Shown piece after piece: positions 62,313 through 64,000 of a stretch of 64,000 nt of DNA. The position numbers and the translations under genes were made by a program. The notes under the pieces were generated by a model that saw only the letters and a list, made by a program, of their open reading frames with translations, had not been told where the DNA came from and did not search any database. The stretch comes from an uncultured Nitrospiraceae bacterium (GTDB lineage: Bacteria; Nitrospirota; Thermodesulfovibrionia; Thermodesulfovibrionales; SM23-35). The DNA lies in NCBI GenBank assembly GCA_963718855.1, contig CAVRAA010000002.1:50225-114224 (forward strand), read 5' to 3'. Position 1 is the first letter of the stretch. Each line of letters opens with the position of its first letter.

Positions 62313-62344
62313 AAAAAAAAGGGAGGCGCTTTCGCGCCTCCCTT
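62313..62344 (-). terminator. rho-independent terminator after hydrogenase large subunit
   Basis: GGGAGGCGC-GAAA-GCGCCTCCC-U8 on the minus strand. Confidence 0.9.
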
Positions 62345-62365
62345 AAAGAGCAGCTCTGTATCGGA

Positions 62366-64000
62366 CTATTCTTTTACTTCGATGTTCGTTGGCCTTCCGT
62401 CAGGTCCGATAGCAAACTTCAGCGTCTCTTTCCCTTCGGGATTGACAACGTGGACTGCGCAAGCGATACAGCAATCGAACGGATGAACGAGCCTGAGGAT
62501 GTTCACGATCTGGCTCGGTTGCGTCCGTGCCGATGGTTGAGTCTATCAAGGGCCTGTTCAACAGGACCTGCTCGATGCCGTTGCATCCTGTCGGCGAGAA
62601 GTTCCATGTGGACGGAACGACGCACTGGTATTTCGCGACCTTGCGGCCTTCGATCTTTATCCAGTGGCCCAACGCGCCTCTCGGGCTTCGGTAAGACCAT
62701 AGCCTGTGCTGATCTGCTTCGGTATCTTCTTGTAGGTGTAACGGGCATCCGCAGCAAGCTGGTCAACCCAGCCGGTCACTGCCTGTGAGTACCTGCCATA
62801 AGGTCAGCAATGTACTTGGCCTCCAGTGCCCTTGCAGCGTGTCTTCCGAGCGCGCTGTAGAGAGCTGCTGCAGGTCTGGGTGACTAGCGCCCAAGCGTGC
62901 TGTCTAACAAGAGCTGTTACGCTGTAGTAGCGAGAGCTGCGCCGCCGAGGCCACTGACCTAAGCTGTCGCCGTCAGCTATGATGTCGTTAGCGGTAACCT
63001 GGTTCGCTGCGCTACAGGTAGGTTACTACCATACGCGCCAACGGTCCAACCTCGCATACTATCGGTGTCTGTTCCGTTCATATACCTCGGGGCCTTGAGC
63101 CAGCTGTAGCCGCCTGATGCTCATATTCGGAGTGGTCTTTCCGTCAAACGGATGCAGACCTGCTGCATCGAGAATTCCGTAGTTGTAATAGGAACTGCCG
63201 ACATACTCCCTGATCTTGGCCTGGTCGAAAGTGCTCGGTGTAAGAGTACGGTTGACACAGTCCTCTCTTGATGGCGAGTTTCCCGTTGCATTGACCGGAT
63301 AATCACCATAGGAGAGGAGATTTCCACAGCCGACGCCCTGGCTCCAGAATGCACGAGTATGCGGATGATTCGCAACGGTCACAACATCCGGAATGTACTT
63401 GGTGTTGATGAATGTCCTGACTTCGTATCAGGAGCGATTTGAACTTGCTTACCGTGTCTGGTGGCATTGAAAGGACCGAACTGATCGTAATCGGTCGTGA
63501 CCGGTGTCCATCGGATAGGTCGAGGAGAACAGTGTTGTCACACCGCCCGGAACCATTGCGTTCTGGATCGGCTGCCTGCCGCTGAAGAGCGCTCCTGCGG
63601 TATGCATCTTCCTTCTCATGTGCAAGGCCTGGACATAGTGGACGAACGAGTGTTCGAACCGAGTGCGCCGAGCTTCCGTCTATCATGTCGGATGCCGTAT
63701 AGGACGGCAGCCACGGGGCCATGCCCGGGAAGCTGGACGTGTTGATGAAGTCCAGTGCGGACAGGTGATAGAGATGGGTGATGTGCGACATGACGAGTGT
63801 CGCAGCCCTGAATGATGTTCTGGATTATCCTGCCGTTAGTCGGGATTGATGCGTCGAGTATGCCGTATGCATATTACCGGCTGCAGTCTGATGTTCCCGG
63901 ATCAACGTTAATGCCTAATGCTGTTTCTAAGCTTCTAACTGAAGCTAACCCATGTGCAGTGGGTCAGACTGCTCATATACGCTGGGCAATGACAGGTGCG
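62366..64000 (-). CDS. [NiFe(Se)]-hydrogenase large subunit, group 1a-like (5' end outside window; many indels; two in-frame TGA in L1 motif)
   Basis: QRI*AV*PTAH, IPTNGRIIQN, SHITHLYHLSALDF, EVGPLAR, RGALGHWIKI, YQCVVPSTWNFSP, HPFDCCIACAVH plus cleavable tail. Confidence 0.88.

Noticed and set aside
493-64000. Mass pseudogenisation or programmed frameshifting in split genes (ribD, hypA, hypF, pdxJ, cytochromes, hydrogenase)
   Set aside because: Single-base indels hit housekeeping and accessory genes alike, motifs stay intact on both sides, and density rises toward the right end; this fits uncorrected long-read error

Overview
64-kb window from an anaerobic Gram-negative bacterium; gene content tentatively suggests Nitrospirota/Thermodesulfovibrionia or a related lineage (inference). 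The assembly has many single-base indels, worsening toward the right end, so split genes were rebuilt by reading across frames. The left 36 kb is mostly housekeeping (mutY, ndk, mdh, nadA, rpe, fmt, def, thrS, rpmI, rplT, pheS, ribD, tRNA-Val), plus two intact TA modules, a CHASE2/FecR/c-di-GMP block and a divergent, truncated CysRS paralog. The right 27 kb reads as one electron-transfer super-locus. It has hyp maturation genes, then a minus-strand cluster with an OmcE-like tetraheme cytochrome (candidate nanowire subunit, hidden by frameshifts), an outer-membrane beta-barrel, two NHL lipoproteins and four more multiheme cytochromes (~47 heme motifs in all). Next come an amino-sugar/GT2/GT-C glycosylation pathway and a group-1a-like [NiFe]-hydrogenase large subunit. 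In that subunit both Cys codons of the N-terminal Ni-binding motif are TGA (QRI*AV*PTAH), suggesting a non-canonical UxxU seleno-hydrogenase. Several palindromic repeat families are scattered through the window, including inside coding sequences and as inverted termini around DUF559 endonuclease genes.
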